From: a virus | Lineage: Duplodnaviria > Caudoviricetes | Length of the DNA stretch: 64,000 bases | Reading direction: 5' to 3' (one strand) | IMG/VR virus record: IMGVR_UViG_3300033741_000108 | Coordinates: 1-64,000 of that record | Shown: positions 51,637-59,870 of the stretch, piece by piece | Numbering within the stretch: the stretch's first letter is position 1 | How the letters are laid out: each line of letters opens with the position of its first letter | The notes under the pieces: model-generated | Seen by the model: the letters and a program-made list of their open reading frames with translations, nothing else | Database searches by the model: none | What the model was told of the DNA's origin: nothing | Program-made: the position numbers and the translations under genes

Positions 51637-52607
51637 ATGACAAAAAATACTCAACGGGACATATTGGTGAGCAATATATTACAAATGAAGGTTGTATATG
51701 TAAAATAATTGAAGGTGGCAGTAGACTTGGGTATTGTACTATTAAAATTTATGGAGGCAAGAAGAATTATATAGGTGAATTTAGGTATGCACATGTAAAA
51801 AATGGTGCAATAACAAATCCAAATTTAATAAAAAAATATCTAAGAAACCACATTGGTGAGAAATATATATTAGATAATGGAGATACTGTAGATATTATAG
51901 ACACTGGTAGTAAAGCTGCTTTTTGTACAGCAAAAATAACATGCAAAACTGATGGAATGTTTTGTATTAAGGAAGTTCAATATTTTAATTTGTCAAATCC
52001 GAATTATGAATTTGAGTTAAAAAATCCTTTAAGAAGAACATTTTGTAATGTAGGATATATGGGGTGTGGTGAGTACCCTAATCGTAATAAAAAAGTACAT
52101 TTGAAAGCATATAGTTCGTGGGTGGGTATGTTAGCAAGGTGTTATAGTAAAAATTCATTAAAAACAAACCCAACCTACAAAAACACTTTTGTTTGTGACG
52201 AATGGCATAATTTCCAAAACTTTGCAGAGTGGTATATTAAAAATTATAGAGAATTTAAAGATTCAACAGCGGCATTAGATAAGGATTTATTAGGTGACAG
52301 TACTCTATATTCGCCAAAAACTTGTTGTATTATACCTAAAGAATTAAACAGTTTTATAATTAGAATTAAAAACAGAGGAAGAGTGAAGCACATAGGTATA
52401 ACCCTTAGAAAAGATGGTGGTAAATATGATGTGACAATATATTCTTCAAAAGAAGGTAAAAATATACGCTTGGGTAGATATTCTGATTTAAAAAAGGCTA
52501 GAGAGATTTATAATGTCGCTAGAGAGGACAAATGTAAACAGATGAAGCAAAAATGTATTGACAAGTGGGGAATTACTGATAAAAATATACTAAATAATAT
52601 AGAATAG
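51633..52607 (+). CDS. Putative HNH-type homing endonuclease with AP2-like C-terminus
   Basis: Duplicated HIGE.Y N-domain; WVGMLARCY, VCDEWHNFQNFAEW, LDKDLL..YSPKTCCIIP. Confidence 0.75.
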   Translation: MNDKKYSTGHIGEQYITNEGCICKIIEGGSRLGYCTIKIYGGKKNYIGEFRYAHVKNGAITNPNLIKKYLRNHIGEKYILDNGDTVDIIDTGSKAAFCTAKITCKTDGMFCIKEVQYFNLSNPNYEFELKNPLRRTFCNVGYMGCGEYPNRNKKVHLKAYSSWVGMLARCYSKNSLKTNPTYKNTFVCDEWHNFQNFAEWYIKNYREFKDSTAALDKDLLGDSTLYSPKTCCIIPKELNSFIIRIKNRGRVKHIGITLRKDGGKYDVTIYSSKEGKNIRLGRYSDLKKAREIYNVAREDKCKQMKQKCIDKWGITDKNILNNIE

Positions 52608-52622
52608 AAGAGAGGTGTAATT

Positions 52623-52901
52623 GTGCATAAGGATCAAAAAAACTATGATAACACTAAATTAAAAGTAGGTGGAGCATATAGAATTGATTGTGACATGGCA
52701 ACAAATCCATTTCAAGAATTAGATTTTATAGTAGATAATGATAGACGTAGAATCAATTTCAATGTAATTATTTTAGAGGAGCATGATAATTTCTTCCTAG
52801 CAAAAGCATTAGAGGATGAGGATATAATTAATTCTATCAATGTAACAATATCTAAATCTCATCTAATAACAAATACTATTAATCTTAAATTATTAAATTA
52901 G
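52623..52901 (+). CDS. Hypothetical protein
   Basis: GAGGTG RBS, GTG start. Confidence 0.55.
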   Translation: MHKDQKNYDNTKLKVGGAYRIDCDMATNPFQELDFIVDNDRRRINFNVIILEEHDNFFLAKALEDEDIINSINVTISKSHLITNTINLKLLN

Positions 52902-52975
52902 TTTTTGACAAATATGCACATGTGTGTTATAATGATAAGCATTGAATGATAAAAATATAAAGGAGATGAATAATA

Positions 52976-53410
52976 ATGAAAGTATTTGCAGATACAATTA
53001 AAGAGGAAAATACTGAGGTTGAGGTACTTCAATTAGCTAAGTTGGTTCAAGACTGGTTACAATCACAATTTGATGATTATAGATATGGTGCAGAGGCAAT
53101 TGTAATGTTATCAGAAAATATAGTTGTATTCATTGAAACACCAGAACAATTTGCAAGAATTGGTTTTGATAATATTAAATTTGGTAGTGATGATGGTGTA
53201 TTTAAATTAGAATTCGATGGAGATGGTAATGAATTTTACTTTGGATTCTTAACAGAGTCAAAGATTGGTAAATATTCTGGTGATTTAGAATTACCAATAT
53301 CATTAACTAATGATGAAGATTTGATTAACGAATTAAAGAAAACACAGGGTGTAAAAGTTACACCGCTTAAATGTAAAGATGAAGATGAATTTTTAGAAAC
53401 AATTAAATAA
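52976..53410 (+). CDS. Hypothetical protein
   Basis: Promoter TTGACA(52905)-17-TATAAT, RBS, downstream hairpin 53420-53448. Confidence 0.7.
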   Translation: MKVFADTIKEENTEVEVLQLAKLVQDWLQSQFDDYRYGAEAIVMLSENIVVFIETPEQFARIGFDNIKFGSDDGVFKLEFDGDGNEFYFGFLTESKIGKYSGDLELPISLTNDEDLINELKKTQGVKVTPLKCKDEDEFLETIK

Positions 53411-53491
53411 CAATAAAACAAGAGTTGAGATTAATTTCTCGACTCTTTCGTAGTTTATACAGATACAATCGTTTTCCTAGGAGGTGAGAGT

Positions 53492-53581
53492 ATGTATTTA
53501 CTAAATAGTTTTTCTTTAATTTTTATGACAATGGAATCAAATGTTGATTATGACTGGAATAGGTTCTATGATCTTTACTAA
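53492..53581 (+). CDS. Small ORF (29 aa)
   Basis: AGGAGGTG RBS; MYLLNSFSLIFMTMESNVDYDWNRFYDLY. Confidence 0.45.
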   Translation: MYLLNSFSLIFMTMESNVDYDWNRFYDLY

Positions 53582-53592
53582 GGAGGTTAATT

Positions 53593-53667
53593 ATGTTTGA
53601 ACAAATAGTAAGTGTAGGATTATTAATGGGTATAGTTTATAAATTAAATAAAGAATTAAAGAGGTAG
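53593..53667 (+). CDS. Small hydrophobic/basic ORF (24 aa)
   Basis: AAGGAGGT RBS; MFEQIVSVGLLMGIVYKLNKELKR; terminator 53660-53690. Confidence 0.5.
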   Translation: MFEQIVSVGLLMGIVYKLNKELKR

Positions 53668-53767
53668 TAATCATGCCTCTATTTTTTTTTACATATTTTC
53701 CTTGACAGGCTTTTCCTATGTGGTATAATGAAAATATAGAAAATCAGATAGAACAAAAGGAGAGAAT

Positions 53768-54163
53768 ATGAGAAAATTATTATTAGAAAAGTCAAAGAAA
53801 ATTGCAACAATATTAGAAGATGTTGAGGAATTATATGAGGAAGCAAAAGTAAAACATTCTACAATTGATAAACTTAGGAATGACATATTACACGAGATAA
53901 CACTTGACTCACTAAGTGCTGTGGATATGACAAAGAAATATATAGAATTGAGAACAACACTTAGATTGAGAATAATATACAAAGATAATATAGATTACCT
54001 CAAAACTTTTAGAAGATATAATAGTCTAAAAAATGCAAAGAAGTCAGCAAATGAAATAAATGAAATTAGTAAAAATAAAAAATATAGAAAATACACTAAA
54101 AGAGTTGAGAGTGAAGTAAGACAGGAGATATTAGACGATATTAATAAGTATGAAGGAGTTTAA
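53768..54163 (+). CDS. Hypothetical coiled-coil protein
   Basis: Promoter at 53702; DILHEI..R..R..KD..Y.KR motif. Confidence 0.65.
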   Translation: MRKLLLEKSKKIATILEDVEELYEEAKVKHSTIDKLRNDILHEITLDSLSAVDMTKKYIELRTTLRLRIIYKDNIDYLKTFRRYNSLKNAKKSANEINEISKNKKYRKYTKRVESEVRQEILDDINKYEGV

Positions 54164-54165
54164 AA

Positions 54166-54912
54166 ATGAATTTAATAAAAATGTATAAGAAAGAAATTAA
54201 TAAACTAACAGATGATATAGCTTTCAAAAACAGTATGATAATAACAATGTTTATAGTGATTGTATTATTATCACTTTCTACACTCAAACTAACATATAAG
54301 GTAGCAGAATTGAATGAAGAAAATGCTAAATTAAATACTCAAATTGAGGAATTAGAAATGAATAATACAACACTATCAACACAAAATTACGCTCTGAACC
54401 ACAAAAATGGTTTACTGGAGGCAAAGTACCAAGACACAATTAAAAACGCTTCTAGACAGGTTATAATCGCTTTAAACGACATGTTTTACATTGATGATAT
54501 CCCGTTGACGCTTGACCAACAACAATATATCCATAAGGTTGCGAGTATGTATGGGATAGACTATGAAATGGTTATTGGTTTAATCGACCTTGAAAGTCAG
54601 TTTGATTTAGGAGCAATAGGTTATAATAAAAACAGTAAGGATTTTTCTTTAATGCAAGTGAATAGTAAAAATGAAGAATGGGTTGAGGGTAAATTAGGTA
54701 GAGAGTTAGACTTAATGTTATTCAAAGACAATATAGATGCTGGTATGTGGTTACTAAATTATTATAGAGATAATAATATTTATAAAATGTATACTCAATT
54801 CAACAAAGGCAAGCAGGGAGCTAAAAATTATTTTAATAAACACTTGACATACAAATCAGAATATGCTATGATGGTTTTAGAAAGAATTAGAAAATATAAA
54901 GGAGATGAGTAA
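54166..54912 (+). CDS. Membrane-anchored lytic transglycosylase (SLT domain)
   Basis: TM plus coiled coil; YGID..LIDLESQF, SLMQVN, NIDAG..L, FNKG. Confidence 0.75.
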   Translation: MNLIKMYKKEINKLTDDIAFKNSMIITMFIVIVLLSLSTLKLTYKVAELNEENAKLNTQIEELEMNNTTLSTQNYALNHKNGLLEAKYQDTIKNASRQVIIALNDMFYIDDIPLTLDQQQYIHKVASMYGIDYEMVIGLIDLESQFDLGAIGYNKNSKDFSLMQVNSKNEEWVEGKLGRELDLMLFKDNIDAGMWLLNYYRDNNIYKMYTQFNKGKQGAKNYFNKHLTYKSEYAMMVLERIRKYKGDE

Positions 54913-55192
54913 AGTGGAAAATATTTATAAGTATAATATTTATCCAAGTGACAAGCAAAGATTAATGATAAGATGTAAGTCTATTAATAACATTCTAAGT
55001 GTTGATGAACAAGATGGAAATATTGTAGCCTATGCATTAAGAGATGATGAAAATCAATTTAAATATTATGATTTTATAGTAGTAGGGACAGGTCACCCTG
55101 TTCACTTTAATAGAAATGAATATAAATTTTTAGGTACTGTGAAATTATATGACGGTAAATTTATGTTCCATGTGTTTTGCAAGGAACTGTAG
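54905..55192 (+). CDS. Conserved phage hypothetical protein
   Basis: IYKY..ILSV..GTGH..FLGTV..FHVF. Confidence 0.65.
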   Translation: MSKVENIYKYNIYPSDKQRLMIRCKSINNILSVDEQDGNIVAYALRDDENQFKYYDFIVVGTGHPVHFNRNEYKFLGTVKLYDGKFMFHVFCKEL

Positions 55193-55215
55193 AATTTAAT
55201 ATAAGGAGGGAAATT

Positions 55216-55383
55216 ATGTTTTTAAATTACATTGTAATAGGATTTGTTTTCATTTTTTATATGATTGGATTATTCTTAGGACAAGAAGCCGATAATACTA
55301 TTGTTATGCTTTGGGTATTAATGAATTCAGCTTTGCTAATAACAATATTAGATAAGGTTAATAAATTAGGAGATGATAAATAA
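55216..55383 (+). CDS. Small membrane protein
   Basis: AAGGAGG RBS; two TM segments. Confidence 0.55.
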   Translation: MFLNYIVIGFVFIFYMIGLFLGQEADNTIVMLWVLMNSALLITILDKVNKLGDDK

Positions 55384-55565
55384 TGGATAGTTTAATTAAA
55401 TGTCCAGAGTGTGGACGTATTCAAGAATCAGTTGAGATAAGTTTGATCCCATCTAGTAATAAATACATAGATGGTAGAAGTTTAGCTAAGGTTAAATGTG
55501 AATGTGGAGAAGAGTTTTCCTTTAGTATATATTGGAATTACACAAATAGTTTAGGAGAGGGTTAG
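55383..55565 (+). CDS. Small zinc-ribbon protein
   Basis: CPEC..CEC. Confidence 0.6.
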   Translation: MDSLIKCPECGRIQESVEISLIPSSNKYIDGRSLAKVKCECGEEFSFSIYWNYTNSLGEG

Positions 55566-55566
55566 T

Positions 55567-55842
55567 ATGAAAAAGAGAGTTAATATAACTGATTGGAGCT
55601 TTAGTGAGGATAATAATCCATACATTGCACCAGATCAGCGAGTAATGAGATTATATGGCGATGTATATGGACATCTAAGAATTGAAAACACACATGAAGT
55701 ATCGACATCAGCAGTATTAAAAATTGATTATGAAAAATGTGAAGTAGAAACACTTAATACTATTTATGTATTAGGTAAGCCAAGTGAGAAATATGCTAAG
55801 ATGTATGATTTGAGTAAGTTTAATTTTAAAAGGGATGAATAA
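55567..55842 (+). CDS. Conserved phage hypothetical protein
   Basis: PYIAP..LYGDVYGH..TS..ETLNTIYVLG. Confidence 0.65.
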   Translation: MKKRVNITDWSFSEDNNPYIAPDQRVMRLYGDVYGHLRIENTHEVSTSAVLKIDYEKCEVETLNTIYVLGKPSEKYAKMYDLSKFNFKRDE

Positions 55843-56149
55843 AATGTTAAAAAAAATAATGTTTGCTGATGAGTTAAGAAATATAATTGACAATAATAAT
55901 AATAGAGATATACCAGTATTTACTTATTTTGATTTATCTAAGTTTAGTGATGACGATATGATTATGATAACAGAACAAGAAATGAGTCAAGGTGCTTTAC
56001 TTGTAAGTGGATTAAAAATATCATTGTCAGATTTTTCATCAGAGGTTCAAGCTTACATAAATTATATACAAAATCAGAGGATTGAAAATGTTCTTAAACA
56101 AGTATTTGTGGGTAATAAAGAATTAGAGGAGGACAACAATGAAAATTAA
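55835..56149 (+). CDS. Hypothetical protein
   Basis: Operon packing. Confidence 0.55.
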   Translation: MNKMLKKIMFADELRNIIDNNNNRDIPVFTYFDLSKFSDDDMIMITEQEMSQGALLVSGLKISLSDFSSEVQAYINYIQNQRIENVLKQVFVGNKELEEDNNEN

Positions 56150-56366
56150 AAAAATTAACAGTCAACACAGAAGAGATTTCCACGCAGATTATGAATGTGA
56201 AAATTGTGGTCATGTGGAAAAAGATAGCTACGGTTATGATGATAGAAATTTCCATGATAATGTAATACCAAGTATGAAATGTACTGAATGTGGTAAGAGT
56301 AGAAATGATTTAGGTATTGAATCACAGGTAACAACTACTAAGTATCCAGCAGGTGTGATAGTTTAA
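56139..56366 (+). CDS. Zinc-ribbon protein
   Basis: RRDF..CENCG..GYDD..FH..CTECG. Confidence 0.7.
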   Translation: MKIKKINSQHRRDFHADYECENCGHVEKDSYGYDDRNFHDNVIPSMKCTECGKSRNDLGIESQVTTTKYPAGVIV

Positions 56367-56543
56367 TATTATGTGTATATAACGCACAAGCACAGCAATG
56401 TAGTCAGTCAATCACACAACTGGATGCTGTGCTTGCGTCCAGTTGTATCATTATAAAGCAAAAGAGACTAAATTACATAAATATTAAAAAGATAGCTTGA
56501 CAGGATAAAAGTAAAATGGTAAGATGTATTTAGAGATAGAGAG

Positions 56544-56611
56544 GTAGCACCTTTTAAAGGGTTTTAATCACCAAGCAAGCATTAGCATTAAGATTCTTTA
56601 AAAGTGGCTAC
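56544..56611. repeat. About 25 bp imperfect inverted repeat in a leader region
   Basis: GTAGCACCTTTTAAAGGGTTTTAAT / ATTAAGATTCTTTAAAAGTGGCTAC, just downstream of promoter TTGACA(56497)-17-TAAGAT. Confidence 0.65.
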
Positions 56612-56644
56612 AATTGGCTTGTGTGTGGATTAGGAGGGTATTAT

Positions 56645-56851
56645 ATGAATAGCAATAGTGCGTTAGAAAAAATAGTAATAATGAGTAGGTATATGGGATT
56701 AGATGAAAGATATTTAGATTCATATTTTAGCAAAAATAAATCTAAAAGATATTTATGTAAAGTCTGTGGTGAATTTCACACTAAGAAATCAGATAAGAAA
56801 AATGTTTGTATTGAATGTAGAAAAGAATATTTAGAAAGGAATGGTAAATAA
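56645..56851 (+). CDS. Small zinc-finger protein
   Basis: CKVC..CIEC; AGGAGG RBS. Confidence 0.6.
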   Translation: MNSNSALEKIVIMSRYMGLDERYLDSYFSKNKSKRYLCKVCGEFHTKKSDKKNVCIECRKEYLERNGK

Positions 56852-57039
56852 TGGAAGATTTTCACGCTTGGAATGAATTAAATTTTAGAGAAAAAATATT
56901 AGCAATCGATAATTTTAGAAAACACGAAAAGGAAAATTTTGATGATGACTATACAGCATTACAAGCAATCGATGTATTAAGAGAACGTGATTACTTTGTA
57001 AAAGATATTGACGATGGTAAAGTAGTTAATGTTTATTAA
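56851..57039 (+). CDS. Hypothetical protein
   Basis: TAATG coupling. Confidence 0.55.
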   Translation: MEDFHAWNELNFREKILAIDNFRKHEKENFDDDYTALQAIDVLRERDYFVKDIDDGKVVNVY

Positions 57040-57149
57040 AATTTAATTTGAATAAAGTATTGACAGATCAAATTTAAACTGTTACTATATAAGTATATTA
57101 AAAGTTGGTTAATTGGTAACCGATTTAGTATTAAAAGGGAGTTGTTAAA

Positions 57150-57569
57150 ATGAAATTGAATGAAGTAAACAAAGAGAAAATTTTAAACTATAAGAATGTT
57201 GTAAATAGAATGTATGAAGTTGAAGACGAAAAAAGTAACAGTTGTAATTTATTTAAAACCTTAAAAAATACAAAAGATATGATTGAGAAAGACATTTCTA
57301 ATAAATTATCTGTTGAATACAATAAGTATTATTCGTGTTTATTTATTGAAGCAATAGCAAAAGCATTAACTAATTGTAATAGAAAATTAGAAAATATATA
57401 CGATATTATGACATTTAACACATTCACAGATATGTTTAGTTGGGATAAAGAAAAGGTAAAATTATTTAATTCAATGAGTACATTTACACAGAAAAAATCT
57501 TTTATTGAAGCACATTATAATAATGGTATATATGTTGAAGTTGAGAACTTTAAGTTTGTAATATTTTAA
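57150..57569 (+). CDS. Hypothetical protein
   Basis: Promoter TTGACA(57060)-17-TACTAT; RBS. Confidence 0.6.
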   Translation: MKLNEVNKEKILNYKNVVNRMYEVEDEKSNSCNLFKTLKNTKDMIEKDISNKLSVEYNKYYSCLFIEAIAKALTNCNRKLENIYDIMTFNTFTDMFSWDKEKVKLFNSMSTFTQKKSFIEAHYNNGIYVEVENFKFVIF

Positions 57570-57579
57570 GGGAGGAATT

Positions 57580-57969
57580 ATGAAAACTATATCTGATGGA
57601 TTTATTGGATTTGGTGGTAGAGGTGGTTTAAATACTAGAATTGATATATCTAATAAAGAATATTCGATTGAATTTGATGACAAAAGTATTGAGTATTTAC
57701 ATGATTATTTAAACGTAATATGTAATGATTTAGATTATAATGATCTTGTATTAGGTGATATTAATAACAAACTATATGAGTATAATAAAAATGTAGATGA
57801 ACATATTAAAAATAATGTTTTAATTATTGATAAAATAAATCTAAAAACTTTTAGACTACATTTATCTATGTTATTAAATGCTATGGAAAGTGATGAGGAA
57901 TATAAAGAATTTGTAGATGAGATCAATTATTTAGATGAATTTTTGCAGAATGCTAAGGAGTTGTTATGA
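57580..57969 (+). CDS. Hypothetical protein
   Basis: GGGAGG RBS. Confidence 0.6.
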   Translation: MKTISDGFIGFGGRGGLNTRIDISNKEYSIEFDDKSIEYLHDYLNVICNDLDYNDLVLGDINNKLYEYNKNVDEHIKNNVLIIDKINLKTFRLHLSMLLNAMESDEEYKEFVDEINYLDEFLQNAKELL

Positions 57970-57970
57970 T

Positions 57971-58204
57971 ATGGAATATAAACAAATGTTTGATTTAGAA
58001 AAATGTAGAGAAGTAAAAACAGAAGGTTTTGAAAGTTATTTAAGTGATGACGGGAAAAGTATAATTGTTGTAGAAAGAGTAAATACAGATGTATTTTTTC
58101 TAATATTTAATAACTTTGAAAAAATTGATGATAATTGTTATAGTATAGTTGGTTATGAATCATGTACTATAAAAGTAAAAAATGGTTATACAATTAAAAA
58201 TTAG
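57971..58204 (+). CDS. Hypothetical protein
   Basis: AAGGAG RBS before ATG 57971. Confidence 0.55.
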   Translation: MEYKQMFDLEKCREVKTEGFESYLSDDGKSIIVVERVNTDVFFLIFNNFEKIDDNCYSIVGYESCTIKVKNGYTIKN

Positions 58205-58213
58205 GGAGGAATC

Positions 58214-58705
58214 ATGAATAATAAGAAAAAGTTAGAAGTATTAGAAAAAACATTAATAAACATTGATAATTTAGAAAGAATGGTAAAAGGTATGAGTGAT
58301 ATAAGTTGTATTTTATATTTTATGAATTCAATTATAATAGAATATGACAATATAACAATTGAACTCAAAGTAGATAAACATGGTAATTTACTATTATCAG
58401 ATACATTTGCAATGAATATAGTTGAAGATGGTATTAATAAGATCATTCCAACTACTAAAGATAGAATTCAAAATGAAATTTTAAAATTGCGTGGATATGA
58501 TAATAAATATTTAAATTATGGAGTATTGTTACATAATTTATTAGAAGAGTACACAGGTAAATATTTGGATAAGAAAATAGAATCTTTACTTGACGATATT
58601 GTTAGAGATTCATGTTTGGATAGTGGGGATGTAACACCAACACAATATAATAAGATTGAAAACTTTAAGGTTTTGCTAGAAGAGTTTATAAATCAGAATT
58701 TATAA
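58214..58705 (+). CDS. Hypothetical protein
   Basis: GGGAGG RBS. Confidence 0.6.
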   Translation: MNNKKKLEVLEKTLINIDNLERMVKGMSDISCILYFMNSIIIEYDNITIELKVDKHGNLLLSDTFAMNIVEDGINKIIPTTKDRIQNEILKLRGYDNKYLNYGVLLHNLLEEYTGKYLDKKIESLLDDIVRDSCLDSGDVTPTQYNKIENFKVLLEEFINQNL

Positions 58706-58797
58706 AATAAGTCTTGACAAGTTAAAAGCAAAATGTTAACATGTAGTTAGTAGATAAATACACAGTGTATTTATTATATAAAAAGGAGATGAACAAA

Positions 58798-59217
58798 ATG
58801 ACAGAGTATAGTTTAAAATTCAAGGATTTAGAAGAGGGTAAAGTTTATGAAAATAAAAGTGGTAACAAGTATAGAGTAGTACAGGGTTTATTATGGAGTT
58901 TTAGCACTGGAGGTTTGACTGCATATTCACACAGTGTAACTAGTCAATGGAGATTTAAAGAAGTAATTAATATATCAGATGATGAGAAAAGTTTTTTATC
59001 ATTAATTGATGATACTTTTGAGTGGATTGCTAGAGATAAAAATGGTATTGTTTATGTTTATACTGATGAACCTCTTAAAGATGGTTTTATTTGGGATTGT
59101 GTTCGTGGATTAGGAATAAGTAGAATGCTATCATTAGAGTATTTTAGTTTTAATTTAGAGTTCATATCATGGGAAGATCAAGAACCAACTAGAATAGCAG
59201 ATTTGTTGAGAGATTAA
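58798..59217 (+). CDS. Hypothetical protein (LEEGKVY module plus WIARD domain)
   Basis: LEEGKVY..KYRV shared with 35402; WIARDKNG..P..ISWED.EP. Confidence 0.65.
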   Translation: MTEYSLKFKDLEEGKVYENKSGNKYRVVQGLLWSFSTGGLTAYSHSVTSQWRFKEVINISDDEKSFLSLIDDTFEWIARDKNGIVYVYTDEPLKDGFIWDCVRGLGISRMLSLEYFSFNLEFISWEDQEPTRIADLLRD

Positions 59218-59230
59218 GGAGGAGGAAATT

Positions 59231-59614
59231 ATGCAAGGTTTAAATGAATTATTATTACAAATTAGTAAAGAGTTAGGTGTCGGTATTGAATTTTTAAAAG
59301 GAAATTTTATTGAAGAGTTACCAGAGATTGGGAGATACCTTTTTATACAAGAATTAGTAGGTGGATTATTACTTGGCGTATTCGTTTGTTTGCTATTTAT
59401 GGTTATACCATTTATTATATCATTCTTTTATTATGAAGAGAAAACCTATCATACTAGCATAGGAGAAGACAAGAGGTTATTTAAAAAATTATTAAAAATC
59501 AATATATCAATATATATTATATTAATAGTATTAAATTTAATGACTATAATTATACCATATTTAGTAAGTCCTAAATTTTGGACAATACAAAAATTATTAG
59601 AAATGGTTAAATAA
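59231..59614 (+). CDS. Membrane protein
   Basis: Two TM segments; strong RBS. Confidence 0.65.
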   Translation: MQGLNELLLQISKELGVGIEFLKGNFIEELPEIGRYLFIQELVGGLLLGVFVCLLFMVIPFIISFFYYEEKTYHTSIGEDKRLFKKLLKINISIYIILIVLNLMTIIIPYLVSPKFWTIQKLLEMVK

Positions 59615-59620
59615 TCGCAT

Positions 59621-59701
59621 ATAACCAATGCTAAAGCTATTTTAACAATTGCCAATACATTTACTCAAAGGAACTGTTAAAGTAGCTTAGGGATTGATTA
59701 T
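59621..59701. repeat. Long imperfect inverted repeat (hairpin family member)
   Basis: AAGCTATTTTAACAATT / AACTGTTAAAGTAGCTT plus outer ATAACCAAT/ATTGATTAT; loop AATACATTTACTCAAA. Confidence 0.65.
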
Positions 59702-59870
59702 CAAACGATAATTTATACGTAACAAGATATACTAATTATACCATCGATACAAGGTTTGTAACAACTCCTATTCCTTAATTGGTGGTATTTTTAATTTAAT
59801 ATTTGACATATATTAAATAGTATGATATACTTATATATAGACAATAGTAGAAAATTAAAAGGAGCGTAAT

